Shown here: positions 12,891 through 27,663 of the stretch, one piece after another
How the letters are laid out: each line of letters starts with the position of its first letter
How positions within the stretch are numbered: the first letter of the stretch is position 1
Source: Phoronis australis
Taxonomy: Eukaryota; Animalia; Phoronida
Direction: 5' to 3'
NCBI GenBank assembly: GCA_002633005.1
Contig: NMRA01000131.1
Span: 745,808 to 809,807, forward strand
DNA: 64,000 bases
Notes under the pieces: generated by a model
Database searches by the model: none
Told to the model about the DNA's origin: nothing
The model's input: only the letters and a program-made list of their open reading frames with translations
Made by a program: the position numbers and the translations under genes

Positions 12891-15639
12891 CTGTCACAAA
12901 AACCACAATTTACACAAAATTGGTACACAACTCTTCTACTCAGTCAACTACACAAGAAATCCAAAGCTTTATCTTCTGTTTTAGACTAACAGTAGAAAAC
13001 TGCTTGCAAACATGACAAGAAATTCAATTAGTCCATGAAACACCGGCCAGTGACATCCAATGACATCCCACTGGGAAATTAAATACTTAGAAGTGACAAA
13101 TAAAACCAAAACCAAGTCTGTGATTCCTCCTGTTGCAAACCTTCCCAGGGAGGTCCTGTGGAGAAGCAACTTGCAGGTTGAAAGGTTAACAAGTGACTGC
13201 ATTCAGCCCATCACTGCACATGGCGTGCAGACTGTATCAATGAATGACCAACAGGCTGGCTGTAATGACTCAGTATAGTCACATGAGAAACTTGAATAAT
13301 GTCTGCCCTGTTCAACTTAGAAAACTGGAAGCAGTTCAACCCTGGCTAATTCAATCACACTGCCTTCTCACCAGAGCTGTGGCTCTAGTCTGTCTAACAA
13401 TTAATTCTGCGCACCAGGAACTTTCTTAGGTGTAATCCACTTGTCAGGCTTGGTTACACTGAGGTACTGGTGATTGCCTGGTCCATAATATAGCTGGGCT
13501 TGGCAGAACCACACAGAATACAGGTCACCACGGGGTCAAGAGGTTATCGACAGTCACATGGATTTCACCAAGTTAAATTCATCCACTTCATGTCATATAA
13601 TTTACTCCACCAAATGAACAAGTGTGAACCTTACAGAGTGTCAGTTTTACTTTCAAGAAAACTCAGGAATGTTCTGCAAAGTGGGGATCCTCGTTTCCAT
13701 GGAAACCTAACATGATTTGGGTATAGCCAAAACAATGAGATACCATTCAGCTTGTTTTTAGGAACATACTTGCACTCACAATATCTTGTAATGGGGCTTA
13801 TTTAGAGGCATTTCTACAAGGCTAACTGTAGATTAGACAACAATGGCATACTGTGTTATGTTTTAGTAAGGAACCAGGCAAAATGCCTGCTGGGTTAGTC
13901 AGTATTCTACAAGAGATGTTTTGTAATTTATGGTGATTTCAGATTAGACAACTGCATTCAAATAAATGAATATTTTGTCTCAACATTTACTTATAATTTT
14001 GACAGCTGAATGTTCTTGAGGCTAGTGGTAACAACCTGATTACTTCAATGCCTTTAAGGAACCAATTTATTAAATATGATCCAATCTCTTTGTTAACATT
14101 TCAACAAAAATTAAAGTTTAATTCTATGCTGCAAAAAATCAATACGCATTATTCGATAAGTGGAAATACTTTGAAGACAGGGTGGACAAATCTTAAGCTT
14201 GCCAGTCCCACCCACCATTAACACTTGACTGACAGCTGAATTGAAGCGTTATCACAAACATCAGCTATAACTCACATCCGCCAAATCACCGCCAAATCAC
14301 CGTAGATGTTCTCAATGACTGTCATAAAGTCTAATAAAGCTCACGACAGCCAAAATTTCATAACCCAATCTTAAGGACTTTTTCCGTGCCACTTGAGATG
14401 GCAACAGGCGTCACAAGCATGAGTTAAAAAACAAATTACGTAGTTTGGCTTTTATTTTCAAGACTGGAGTATCATGGCTAAACACATTAAAGAATGAGTA
14501 ATAATTTCTGGAAAACTGACAAATCACAAAATGTACATACATGCAACTGTTCACAAAAAAGTGCACTGCATTACTTAACCGAGTACTGGTGTCGCCTAGT
14601 GGGTACCCACCCACCAATTCATAATAGCACTTTGTAACAATGTTTCTATCTTGGACAACACACATTGGTGATCCTCAACTGACCACTTCCATAGTTGATA
14701 AATTAGTCCATGTGGGCATTCTGTTGAAATGAATGGTGAGTGAATGTGTCTGTGGTGGTACCTCATGACCCCAGGGTGCAAGCTCCAACTGAAGCCCACA
14801 GGAAGCCACAACAGGGCCATGTATCAGTCTACTGGAGTGCCCACAGTGACAGACAGATCACCTTACTAACCAACAATAGGCAGATTGTTCATGGATCTGT
14901 AAAACTTGTTTGATATACTAACTGGATATCCATGGTAACCATCACCACAGCAACATTGTTTTAGCACAGTAGTATCACTGACTGGACAGCATGATAGAAT
15001 TTTTGCTTTTCTAAGTTAACCTCAGCTTACGGTAATTGTCCAAATATTTCTGAATTTTGGTAAAATATATACTCAATATACAGAATGGACTGATGCAACA
15101 GCTATAATAAACCAAATTGTATGTCAATCCCAAAAAAGGAAGAGAGATCTTTTTATCAACAGTTTTACTAACCAGAACCATTCAAACTACTGCACATTTA
15201 ATAGATCAGTGTTTGCAAAAACATTGATCATCAAAAGATAATGAACACACTCCACATGGGAATAGATTACCATGGCAACTGTGTTTGATCATAGCAGACT
15301 GTTTTACAGATCTGCCCAAAGAAGTCTTACATAACAGTTTCTCTACAGGTCAGGCAGTTCATTAAAAACTAGGTTTGATCCTAGTCTATGGTGTGACCAC
15401 TCATGTCTACTTTTGCGCCTGTTTTTGCTACATAAGCATACCCAGCAATACTACGAATTCTGCCATTGAGTACCAGAGGTTCCTACCAACCATGACTCCC
15501 ATTGTTCAAAACAAAGAATCAGAGCAACATTTCTGACAAGACTGTCATCATTGAGTAAAATAATTTTTAAAGAAATTGGAATTTATAAATGTTGAAACAG
15601 TTCAACAAATAGCAGTCATCTGGCATTAGCTTCAGAATT

Positions 15640-15900
15640 CACCAAATTTGAAATCTCAAAAAAAAACGCTAATACAGTTTCTAAATTATGTTATTGTTTT
15701 ATACAAAATTTTATTGTTTATGAAAAATACTTTTTTAAGTTCTACTTTCGATAAGCCCTTCATGCAAAACCGGAACATTTGAAACTGAGACAATTGCTAG
15801 CAGTGTAAAGCACAGCATCTCAAAGATTCACTTGAAATCTCATCAGTCACTTCTCAGATATGATGTTTCAAAGTAAGCCGAATTTTTACATCTTTCTCTA
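15640..15900 (+). repeat. Dispersed AT-rich repeat family, copy 1
   Basis: Core AGCCCTTCATGCAAAAC...ACAATT is shared with 29150-29460 and, inverted, with 37900-38170. A more diverged copy lies near 41700-41900. Confidence 0.6.
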
Positions 15901-18855
15901 CTTCAATTCAATCAAACCATAGGTTGGTTGTAAACATTGATCTATGGTACATCATGGCACTGTTCCAATTTCCTACACTGAGTTCATTTTGCATGACTTT
16001 CATGGACATTGTGACTTGTAAATCAGTAAACAACAACAATTCAGAGTCAGAATGGAAGACACTGTAAACCAAACTGTTTAGAATTCATCAAATTTTCTTT
16101 TGATTGTTAAATGGAGCCTGTCGTCAATACCCCCATAGTCAATTATTGTCTGTAACAACATGCCACAGGGTTAGAGCTGACCACTAACAGGATCAACTCA
16201 GGTGAGTGGATAAGGTTGCTTTTTTACCTTATTTGACTGAGCACTCTGACATGTTGATTGACAGTATGTGTATACAAAGAGTGAGCTTAGTGACTAGCAG
16301 GAAATAGTTGACACAACTCAACACCTGAGATCTGCCGACAGAGAAACAAAACTTGTTAAAAACATGCTACCACATCATAGCACTGGAGCTTTTTTTCAAA
16401 TCCAGATGCTTGAAAATTGAAAACCAACTAAATTTCATGTGCTAACATGTTTGCTGAAAAGGAACAATAACATAGTTTTCTTTTTGTCTTTTTTTTGCTT
16501 CTTCGCACATTCTTGACACAATTAAGAAAATTTTTACCAAGAACTTCCGGGATGAAGTTCAGATAGTTCTACATGTATAATTCAGAGTGGCTGTAAACCT
16601 CCATTCTGTTCAAAGAAACGTATGTTTGATTTGGACCACTTACTCCTATAAAACCCGACTCAACTTCCTTCTCAGATTAAAGGATATTTATGACAGTTCA
16701 GTATTACATGAGCCTACAGTGCACTTGTACATAAAATGACAAGACAATTCAACTTACTGAGCTCGGTCTAATGCAATAATCAACAATCAGTTCTTTAATA
16801 ACTGTAAGTCAGGTCTAAATGAAAAGTTTGTTTCTTGCAAAAAGGCAGGTTTGTAGCCGCTTTAAAGAATGTTGATCGACGTACGACCACTTTCGAATGA
16901 TTCACAATAATGGCACCTATTAGAGCTGAAGTTTATGTTGTACCTGTGTGTTAATTAAAATCCAATAATACATTATGTAATTAGGTATGTTGGATCTATG
17001 CCATGCCTTGCAATATGGTGTTTCCAAGGAAATGCTAACGCTGGTTTAAATATCTTGAAGATGACAAGTCCCAATAGGTGCTAATGAGATTAGTTAAATT
17101 CAAGACACAGACTATAATGTGGGTATTGGGCAATCAGTTCACAACTTGCCTGTAGATTATTTACACAAACAGGAAAATTCATCAACATTATACAACATCA
17201 CTGACAAGTGAAGTCTCAAGTTTTAGTTTTGTGTTATTCCATGCACGGTTAATCCCTTTAAGAATAAACATTACTTAAATTCTAATGCCTTGGAGAACTC
17301 ACTGATTTTATACTCATTTAATAGGACATCATTACTTTTGTTCTATTTGTCTTTATCACTGCACAATACAATATTTACCCGGGTAAGTTCATGAGCAAGC
17401 CCCTCGATTCTGTGAAAAATCTCTTCTGTTAGTAATTACCACTAGTTATCCATGTGACAACAAAGTAGATTGTCTACCTTTAGAGTATATGAAACTTTGT
17501 TTATATAGCACATACTTGTTGGACACCCTTCCCATAAATCATAACTTACAATCAGGCATTCTTCTTAATTACAACCTGTAAGAACAGAGTTACACACATC
17601 ACACAAGACCAGTATAAACACAACTGAAATAGAAATTCCACACTATCTTAATTGATAATTAATGAGACCGCAAACAGCCCCTTACTAAAATTGGCATCCA
17701 GTTTCTAAGGCCACCAGACAAAAACTCAAGTTTTTTAAAGGGTGGGAATATTTCCAAGAGCAAGACATTTCGGTTCACAAAAGTAGCAATGGTGCCAGTT
17801 TTTCAGTGACAAAGAAGCTAGTGCCTTTGGCAGACAGGCTTGCCTTCCTCAATGTGGTCACTCAGCTGAAGTGAGACACACACACATGTGCCAAACTTTA
17901 CAGCACAAAATGCCAGCAGAGCAACTGAACCACTGTCAGCATTGGATACGGTGGTCTTTGAAGACATCAGAAATAATTCGGGTTAACCCTATCAATGAGC
18001 GTAACAGGCTATCTTTAATGTCAGCCTTGAATCTCTTTCATCAAATCGACATGATATAAAAACATATCTGTAATTCATAAACTTTAAAAATCTGAAAAAT
18101 CATTGCAATGAAATTTTGGTGATATTCCTGGAAAAATCGTTTCGGAAATAAATCTATAGCATGCTGGAACAATTAATATAGCACCTGGAGGCATCAATTT
18201 ATCACAACATGAAAACCTACCATAAAAATTCTTAACAACAAAAATGTGAGAAATATCTTGAAATTTGTGTTTAAAGTATTGATCCTACCTTTCATTATTA
18301 CACATACTGGGTAATAGTGTTATTTCATGATTGTATTTCAAATAATACAACTTCAACAAAATGCTACACTTAACGAAATCAATGAATGCTTGGTCGGTTA
18401 TTCTGAGAATATAACATTTTCGAAAAATCTTCAGCTAAAATTAATTTGTTTGTTTATGATGTTATGTTTCTCATTCATAAATACAGTAGCCTCACCATGA
18501 ACTGGGTCAGTTCATGTCTGTTGACCAATCACAATGCATGTTATTTACCCAAAGTAATGTCTGATACCCCTTTCACACTTCAGTAGTAATGTATTGTGCG
18601 TAATTATCCCATCATAACCTTTCATTACTGCACCTTTATCTGTTTGATGTGGTTTAACTGTAACTGGATCACAAACCTATTACCATTTTAATATATTTCA
18701 TGCTAAGACAACTTATGAAATAAACTTATTAGATTCAGATCTCATAACAGAGAGCAACAAATCTCACGTTTTCATAAATTAAATATAAATCATCTACTCA
18801 TTGTTACCTTGATTTCACAAAGTAAAACCGCAGAACCCCAACACATGAGACTTAC

Positions 18856-18958
18856 CAAGCTGGGCTGGTTTGAGTATGTTGTCTCAAATCAAGTAATGAA
18901 AACAGTGGTTAACCAGGGATATGGTAAAGCAATCTCAGTCAACAGGTGGTTAGATATA
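18856..18958 (-). other. Candidate 103-nt non-coding (leader or poison) exon
   Basis: Acceptor catttcctgccag|TAT and donor TTG|gtaagt. Stops in all three frames. Confidence 0.3.
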
Positions 18959-19549
18959 CTGGCAGGAAATGGTGGATGAAATGAGGATTATTAAAGAACA
19001 AAGCAGCTACTGTCTTTAAATAAACAATGGCAGTTTTTAGTAGAGGCAAGAGCAATTTACATCAACTTCGAGGAATTATAACTGGCTGACCTCTTCTGGG
19101 AAATAAAATGCAGGGTGATATTGCACGTGCTCCACATTTCCCGACTTCATCCATCAAGCACTTTACTGTGAAAATGTACCAGATATAAATTCCAATTGCA
19201 TACTTATCAGGAAACCGTATGTAGAACCTTGAAAGATGTTCACCAGGTTCCATATCGATATTATAATCTAAGGCACAATTGGTTCTGGCATTCTCATCAT
19301 TTTTGGGCGTGATCATCACGTCCATGATGGACCACCAAGCTCCTATTGTTAGAGCACATACTCAAATTTTGAGCCATCATGCTCTATTTTTTAGTGATTG
19401 TCACATAAGTCTTGACTATACAGTGCTTTTAAGTGGTCTTCACCTGTTGAGTCAGCACTGACTGTTACATTGTTTAGTCTAGTGCCTGGGGCAGTCTCAA
19501 TCTTATTTCAATGAAAATTATTGCCTAAAACCAATAACTGCAGGTAATC

Positions 19550-19741
19550 GGGTGCATGTTGTACCAGACGTGCACAGGTCACTCAGGTGGGCCCATTTTT
19601 AAGCTTTGTTAATACACAGTTAAAACTGAGCGGAGGAGCTTAAGAGACCTGACTCAAGTGTCTAGCAGTGTGTCCTGGTGGAACTCGAACCCACAGATTG
19701 AGTAAAGGAAGCACACACTTATCCCACTGGGCCACACTGCC
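19550..19741 (-). mobile_element. tRNA-derived SINE, uninterrupted copy
   Basis: A box TGGCCCAGTGG (19724-19734), B box GGTTCGAGTTC (19681-19691). Shares the plus-strand blocks GTCTAGCAGTGTG, GAGGAGCT, GTGGGCCCATT and TTGTACCAG with 535-623 and 3057-3179. Confidence 0.7.
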
Positions 19742-21376
19742 ACTTCAAATTATTACCTAACTATGGTCTAATTATTCAGAAAAATAAAGAACACAGAACA
19801 CTGCAGTCTCCCTTCGGTGACTTAGATAGACACTGAAATTAAAAGTATGTGCTCATTCCCACCGTACTCAGCAATAATCCTTTTGAAAACATTGAAATCA
19901 TTTCTAAACAAAGCTACTACTATTCCTGCTGGCGCATCAACTTAAAATAACTTTGGCTTGTGAACCTGTACCTATCACTATATTCACAGTCAGTCTTTTG
20001 TTATTACCATAGAGCCTACTACATCAACCAGTCACTGCTGTGAACATCTGTAAATGAAGGACAGTATTGGTTCTGTTATGTTAACGGCAGGTTTATTTCG
20101 ATTTTATATGTTATCGTTCCATTGCATTGCACTATATTGACTGCATCTTATCACTCGATAAAGCTCACACTGTAAATCTTTAGCTTGCTATTGCCACTAA
20201 ATATACAGTAAAAATTTTCCGTTTTGGGCGTCTCTAAAATTTGGAACACTGAAATTCAAGTCGAAATTGAATTTCTTTGATTCTGAAGAGATTGGAACAT
20301 GAACAATTTAGGCGCTCATCATATGTCTCAAAAATCTTATCAACAGTTCGAAAATAAACTACTTGAAAGTAAGTGAACTAGTCAAAAATAGCTGCCGACG
20401 CATTTTTTTTTTTGCATTTCCATACTCTAATATTGAGTTGAATGATGCTTGCTGTTGGTCATAATTCTTGAATTTGAGAAAATAACTTATATGTCACTGC
20501 CCAAGCTGGAGAAATTTTAACTTGCTACATCTACACTAGTCATGACGGTCATGTGAACACAGTATGTCAAGTTCCATTGCTGCTTCAATGCCGCCAACAC
20601 ATATGGCAGTCTTGCTCAATCATCACACACAGTGCGGTAGGTTAGGCCCAGATGAGAAGAATGTTAATTAACACTAATCAACATTACAAAGAAGCAAAGT
20701 TGACCAGAACAGGGTGACCAGACAATGGAGAGCATGCAATATGAGATCCTGGTAGCCTGGTGTGACTGTCTGTGGTGTCAGATTGAGTAACTAGGTGATG
20801 GGGTGTTAATGATGGGGGGGCGGTACCTACAGAAGGTGTGGTCCCAGAATACATAGAGAGAGACTGTCTTAATCAATGGAAACAGACATATAACAAGGAA
20901 ACACCATCTGTGGTCCCACTTCAAACAAGTTGGTCTTGCACAGATAAAGTAAATGTTGGATAAAATGTCACATCCTAAGAGGCGTGAATTGGCTCGCTAC
21001 ATTAGCATGAAGATGAAGAAGATTTCGTTTCACAGATTGATTACAACACAACACTGTAGTGAATAGGTCACAGGGCCTTTCTGGTGACCATGTGTTACTG
21101 ATGTTATTATTCCTGGGTGATCAAGTTAATTGGTTCTTGTAATCAGTTCTCACATGGCAAAAACAAAAGCATGATGAACAGTGATTTGAAGGCACTGAAT
21201 TTGATCATCAATCACAGTTCTTAGTCATTATCATTCCAAGCTATGAACCAAGTTGTTTGTCATGTGATCACACTGAATACCATAAACCTTCCAGCAGACC
21301 CCAGGTTTCCAACAGCAGCCAGTCTCCACTGAGAAACCAAGGTTTCAAGTGCTTATGTGGGTTCCGCAGTACAAAC

Positions 21377-21610
21377 CTGGGGTCCGCTTCACGAAAACTG
21401 ACTTACCGACAAATCTTATCAGCCAATTTTGAGACAAAACTTCAAAGAAATAGATCATAGAGTTTGACATAAGTTTTTGACTTACGTTTTGTCTTAATTT
21501 TGACTAATTTACTGGGTGTGGCAGTGGAAGTTTCAAAGTTTAGAAGTTGAGACAAATCTTAGACTTAAGTAAAAAATTTAAAAAGTCAGTTTCTGGGAAC
21601 GGGGCCCCAG
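21377..21610. mobile_element. PIF/Harbinger-like MITE
   Basis: Inverted ends CTGGGGTCCGCTTCACGAAAACTGACTT and AAGTCAGTTTCTGGGAACGGGGCCCCAG, with CWG at the boundaries. Confidence 0.7.
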
Positions 21611-24600
21611 GTATCTAACACCTGCTGGATGCCATCTCAAACATTTGTAACCTTGGAGCAGACGATTGTCAAAAGCAATCTGTGCTGGTAGTTTTGTTTT
21701 CATTACTATACCCACCAATCTCTAAGAGGCTGTCTCAAGTATCGCTAAAAATAAATACTCAAACTTCTGTTAGAAGCTTTACCAAAAACGATAAGAAAAA
21801 CATTACGATTAAATTATTACTTCGATTAAATGCACACAAACTATGACTACTTCTGTAAGTGTGTTAAAAAATTAATGTTTTACTTAACAGCAACTTCTTA
21901 CAAAAACAGTAGTTTACATTAAAAACAAAAGCATTCTTGTAATGCCGTCGCTGAAAATCTTGGCTTTATAATTGACAAATAACGTTGTTGTTTCTCTATG
22001 CTCCTGGGTCAAGTTTACATTTTCGTTGCCCCCTGACATCTTGTTTGAGGACAAGAATGTTACCATTACTTCAAGTCAAATAAAACAAAACAGTCCTCAT
22101 AAGGGAACAAGAGCCCTGAAGACAGCCCTGCCAATCTAACATTGTTTTTGTTTATATTTAAATGCTGACTTGTGCTACTGTATAAAAATAAACAAAGTTT
22201 AACCAAACACATAACAGTTCCTAGAATCCTGTAAATACCTTTTCTGCATTTTCATCATTAATTTCAAATTTTTTGTTCTTTTTACATTCAGTCATGTTGC
22301 CATGTTGATACTCTAAATTCAGTTTAATGAAATAAATAGCTGTTGCAATTGTAAACACAAGTTTAAGAATGACATTTGGCAATGTTTTGAATGTTCAACA
22401 CTTCCAATCAATGTGCCTGTAAGCATTTTGAGTGAAATGCTAACAGAAAAAATGCACTTTGTTAATCCAAAGGACTAGAAACTTATCAGTGTCGGCCATC
22501 ATCATTCACATTTTCAAGCTGAACCGCAAAGGCAAAAATGTTTGCTAGGACATCCAGAGACATTATGCCGCAGCAGCATTTTTCTTTTTGTAACAGAGAA
22601 ATAAAACGGTGAAGATAAGCGTGAAAACAGACTCCGCCTACACAATGTTACCTAAGCAGAGCTAATCTTAGATTTGTAAAACGTTATGAGATGAATTTCT
22701 TTCACTTTGTGCTTGTATATCTAGACTATATTTAACTGACCAGGAAGACTGCTTACAGGTTTCTTTCAACTACACACACATTTCTTGTGCACTCTCCATA
22801 TATCGTTGATCTGCATTACAAGTGCACCAAACCATGTTTACACTTTGATTTGCTACCAATTAGTTTGTGGGACAAAGATGGCGCACTATTGTGTTTGCAT
22901 GTTCCTGTGCCCTGATTGGCTGGAATTAATAGTTTGACTGGCATGTTCGAAATATTCATTGTAGGCGATTCCTAAGACCTGTGAAGTGAAAATCACATTG
23001 GAATTTACTTCATCAAACACAGATGCAATAAAATTTTCTTTTGAGTCTGGTCTACTTTTTCAATTCCAACAGCGATCTCTGTTCCCATACACCCATCCAC
23101 ATCAGCATATATAGACCAGCACAATAATACCAGCTGTGTTTTATGGAGTGTGCATCAGGCAGATAAGAAAGACACAAGTTTACGTTGTTTTTCATCTCAA
23201 GTACCCCCCTAGGAATTGGGGGATTAATGACCCTTTGATCTCTTAATGATTTGATAATATGATGTTCAGTATTGTAACAGCAATTGAATCCCAGATCAGA
23301 TAAACTCATGTCCACAAGCATATTTTCAGGATATTTATAGAACAGATCAGAATTCATCAATGCTTATTTTTGTTATGTTTATCGATCTTTTATTAAGCAA
23401 AAAGAATTTGACAAAGCTGGCCACCCAAGCATTTTTCGAGAACTGCAGAAAACAGTCGCTAATTTACAAGCAGCAATAGGGTTTTATAACCAGGAAAAAT
23501 CTTTCTTCATGGTCATTACTTCATTAGGCCATTAAGCTTCAAAGCTTTAGAGCATGTTATTAAAGCTTAAGTTGACTAAAGGATCAACACATCTCCTATT
23601 TGTCCAAGGGTGAGACTATGTCCTGTAATATGAGCCAACACCAAAAGAAACTTGTGAGAGAAATTCTGGTCTTGTTCAGGAACAAACTTTATGTACAAGT
23701 TTTACTGCATTTCAACCTGATCTGGTGACTTTTGAAAGCTAGGTTGCCCTAATTTTGAGTCAGTCACCTTGACAACTGCAGTGTCTAGACAAGTACGGAT
23801 TACTTCAAGGATGCCTATAACTATACTTCATTGAGCTGTTTTTCAAATGATGCCTGCAAGCAACAATGGCAGATAACATCTCAAAATTAGAAAGTCTCAA
23901 GTGTGTACTATTGCAGGAATTCATCTTCTAAAGATAGCCGCAGTTCTCGTCTAATTTCATATTTCGACACTTTAAAATGTTTGAAACACAAAGTTATTAC
24001 ATTTTTAGTCAAATGGCAATTAGCCAAGTGGCACAAATTACTAGAAAAAAACCTGTTAGTGCTGCATGAATACCAGTGCTGAATTAGACCTCAAACATTT
24101 ATGTTTCAGTATTAATTTTTAAGAATACATTGGAAAGCACTTAGGTGATTGCATTAACTTGCTCAACTAACTACAACGACATCTATTGGTAGTTTGTAAA
24201 AACAACCAAACAACATGCAGACTTACAGCTGCGATATATAATTACTTCACAACAGAAAATTATCACATTCATGCAGCTGAATGGCTAGAGGGTTATAACA
24301 GGAAAACAAAAAATGAAAGGGTGACGCACAAATGAGGCAAGAGAACTGCTTGGTGGATGTTGCAGCATTCTGGGTGATTTCATTTGCCACTGAGCAATCC
24401 AGGACCGTCCTATTCGGAGTTATGATCAGGCACTTGCATATACAAGCACAAGAGTCAAATGAAAAATCAGCAGACAATGCAAATGACTGAGTGGCAGACA
24501 ATAAGCAAATGAAATGCATTGTGGGAGCTGAAATGAACAATCATAAAGAATTAGATACAAAACTAAATATATAAATTAATGGAAGGTAAAAACGGAACAT

Positions 24601-26871
24601 GGGAGTTTCTAAAACTATCAAAAAGTGAAGGGAGGGAAGCAAAGGGTGAACATGACCATTAAGCCAAACAAATATGGATACAATCTACAGATTGATATTT
24701 AAACATTGTTAACATTATGACAACAAATGAATTACTGTAATGAATCCAAAGTTTTTCATTCACCAAATTTCTAACATGGCCACTATGAACAGCTAATTCC
24801 CTTTGAATAAATAACACAACATTCTTCAGCTTGACTTGCATCAGTTGTTGATTCAAATAATCCTCACTTTTTACTAGATATAATTACAAGGTCATTGAAC
24901 TATACATGGTTAATAGTTTGATAGGAAACCAGAATGCTTCATGCTGCTCCCAGAAACCCAGGTAAGAGGTTAACATGTGAAGTGTTTGCTTGTGTAAAAA
25001 CAAGTGAGATAATCGCACTAACCAGGAATGTAATAATCCCCCCTGGGGAGGTTATTAACTCATAAAAATTGATGTTGCCAAATAAAGGTCTGATATCTGT
25101 AACTTTGGGAATAATTAAGGTGAAGCACTTTTGATAAGACTATCTAGAAACAATTCTTGATAAAACTGCTAGAACAATACAAAAACTCAATTCACAAAGC
25201 CGCCACAAAACACTATAAGGACCATAAAGAATTACGATTGTCGAAAATACATTTTTCCTCCATCAAAAACCAACCAAGGAAATGATCATTTTTCAGTGTA
25301 AAACCTAAATAATTTAAAGGGTCATGTGCTAAAGCAATAAAAAATGTTTTCTGGTTTAGGGGAAAATAGTTCAATATTACGAAGCTGAGTGCTATCAATT
25401 AAGGATTTTGACCATATGCAGTGCATGGCAGAACACAGTCTCTGTTGTCCAAGGCCACTTTGTTTCAATAAATTTTACTTTCATATTATGATTTTGCTTT
25501 CAGCTATGCAGTAACATACTTTCCAGTGTCAGTTAAGTTTTTTAAAAATTGATTTTGCAGTTCTTAACATTTGTGTTGAAAATTATTAAGTGGCGCCATC
25601 TTTTGAGAGATTACAAAACGACAACTCCACAAATGACTCAGTTGTCCTAAATCCGATGGTCTTTGAAGTTAAAAAATACATTAAAATCAACCTAAAATCA
25701 ACAGAACAGGAAGAAAGCTTTTGATGCAATTGAAACCAAATTCATCAAAAATATAAAGGGGACTTCAGTATCACATTCAGTCATCTATGCTCTTCGATAA
25801 GAAAAATTCATATTGAAAATTGAACTTACATTGCCAATCAGGTCTCTAGACTTTCGCTGATAGTGCATAAAATAATGTTTCAGTATTTAATGTCTGCTAT
25901 GTCAAACTGGTATATTTGCTCATGGTCCGCATCATTTTTGAAGCTATGCATCACTATTTAACTGCAGCGGCAGTTATACCAATAACAGATATTGAAATTT
26001 ATATGAAAAGAATCTTACACCCTCACCGGTCAAGGCTGGGCAACTCGGCCCGGCGGTTTATGTTCTCTAGATAATCAGACCATAATAAACACACTCGGGG
26101 TGACAAGGCTAGGTTTCTAGTTTTGGCAAGAAGTTACTACGATAGTCTAAGTTTGGCAGAAACTTACAGAGTTCTGTCCAAGTCTGTCTAGTTCAAAGTA
26201 AAAATTTAATTATTTTGTAATAAATTTTAGAAATGGGCAATATCGACAATTTCAAATGCAAGAATTACCATTTTCGACAAACTAGCATTGACACAAGTCC
26301 TTTTTACACGAAAAATGCTTGGCACGGAATGAGTTGCCACGGTGCAAGTTGATTTGTGTCCGTGCTATTTACGTTCATGACAGTATCGGAAACTGGATCA
26401 CCTTGGAGAGTCATTTAACACAAGCTCTGTTTTAACAATGGTGAATGCCCAAAACCACACAGATGAAGCAACGACTGCAATTTACCCTATCTCAAAAATG
26501 GCTGACAAGCTTGTGGATATGGTATGAAAATGATTACATATATGTACACTATTGCGAAAGTGCAACTGAAATAAACCCTTACTCCTTGCCACATTAGTTT
26601 GTGTTTGAATAGCATGGAACGAGATGATTGGGCACACACACATTACTTTTACTGGTCATCTCATTCCATGTCAGTTGTTCCCTGACAACTACGATAATTC
26701 TTCACTAACATTTCGCACAAAAGTTTTATGATATCTGCACATTAAACTAAGCTAACAACAGAATGAAATTTTGTTTGGAGAATGAAATTTGACAACTGAA
26801 ATAAAGTGTCACTTAAGTCCTCCATATTGTGTGCTCAATAGAAGAGTTACCATAATGCCGTGTAAATGCAA

Positions 26872-27062
26872 CATACATTACACATTACGCAGAGACAACA
26901 GATATTACACACTAAATAGAGACAATAGATACTACATACTACATAGAGACAATAGACATTACAGGCACTACATAGAGACAATAGACATTACACACTACAT
27001 AGAGACAATAGACATTACACACTACATAGAGACAATAGATATTACACGCTACATAGAGGCAT
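26872..27062. repeat. 27-bp minisatellite, about 7 copies
   Basis: Unit ACACACTACATAGAGACAATAGACATT. Explains the repetitive ORF 26789-27064. Confidence 0.9.
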
Positions 27063-27514
27063 GAAAGAATTATCTCGGCCACTTTCAATGATTTTATGAA
27101 CTGTCAGGTCTGCTTTCAGACTGTTGCTACATGTCCAATCATGGAAAATGTAGGTTGAACACCACAATAAGCTTGCGCTTCAATCTTCACCATCAAGAAA
27201 ATTCAATTTCTACTTGAATTTGAGAGTCCCAAATTTTATAGACTGTGCTTTGAAAACTGATATCGGGTGAATTTTTGTAAAAAGCATTACCACACCACTT
27301 TAGGTAATACAGGGTGTTGAAATTCCGCATATTTGTTGTTTTAAACTCATGGTAAAATCAAACAAATTTAGTGCATACTATGGCAGATAGAAGAATTTAG
27401 TTTTTATAAAAGACAAGTAACAAAGGTTCGAGAAACTGCAGGCAATCGCAAGAATATTACAAGCCTCAGAGACATGAAGAATTATAACACTGGTAATAAA
27501 TTTTCTAAAATTGG

Positions 27515-27575
27515 TGAAATTTTAACTTAATAAAAACATTTGATCATCAAATGTTTTTATTAAGTTAAAATTTCA
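27515..27575. repeat. Perfect 30-bp inverted repeat with 1-nt spacer
   Basis: TGAAATTTTAACTTAATAAAAACATTTGAT-C-ATCAAATGTTTTTATTAAGTTAAAATTTCA. Confidence 0.95.
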
Positions 27576-27603
27576 AAGATGTTCTTGCCTGATCAATCCT
27601 CAG

Positions 27604-27663
27604 TCTAACCAGACTGTGCAGACAGACTGTGCAGACAGGCTAACCAGACTGTGCAGACAGGCT
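27604..27663. repeat. Short tandem repeat
   Basis: CAGACTGTGCAGA occurs three times, with CTAACC/CAGGCT spacers. Confidence 0.8.

Noticed and set aside
24226-24527. Possible ~300-nt minus-strand exon (tttcag| ... |gtaagt)
   Set aside because: Weak exon-side donor context and a non-protein-like translation. Insufficient support.
26789-27064. ORF with HYIETIDIT repeats; also considered as a CRISPR-like array
   Set aside because: Pure 27-bp tandem minisatellite with no unique spacers, no cas genes, and a eukaryotic context.
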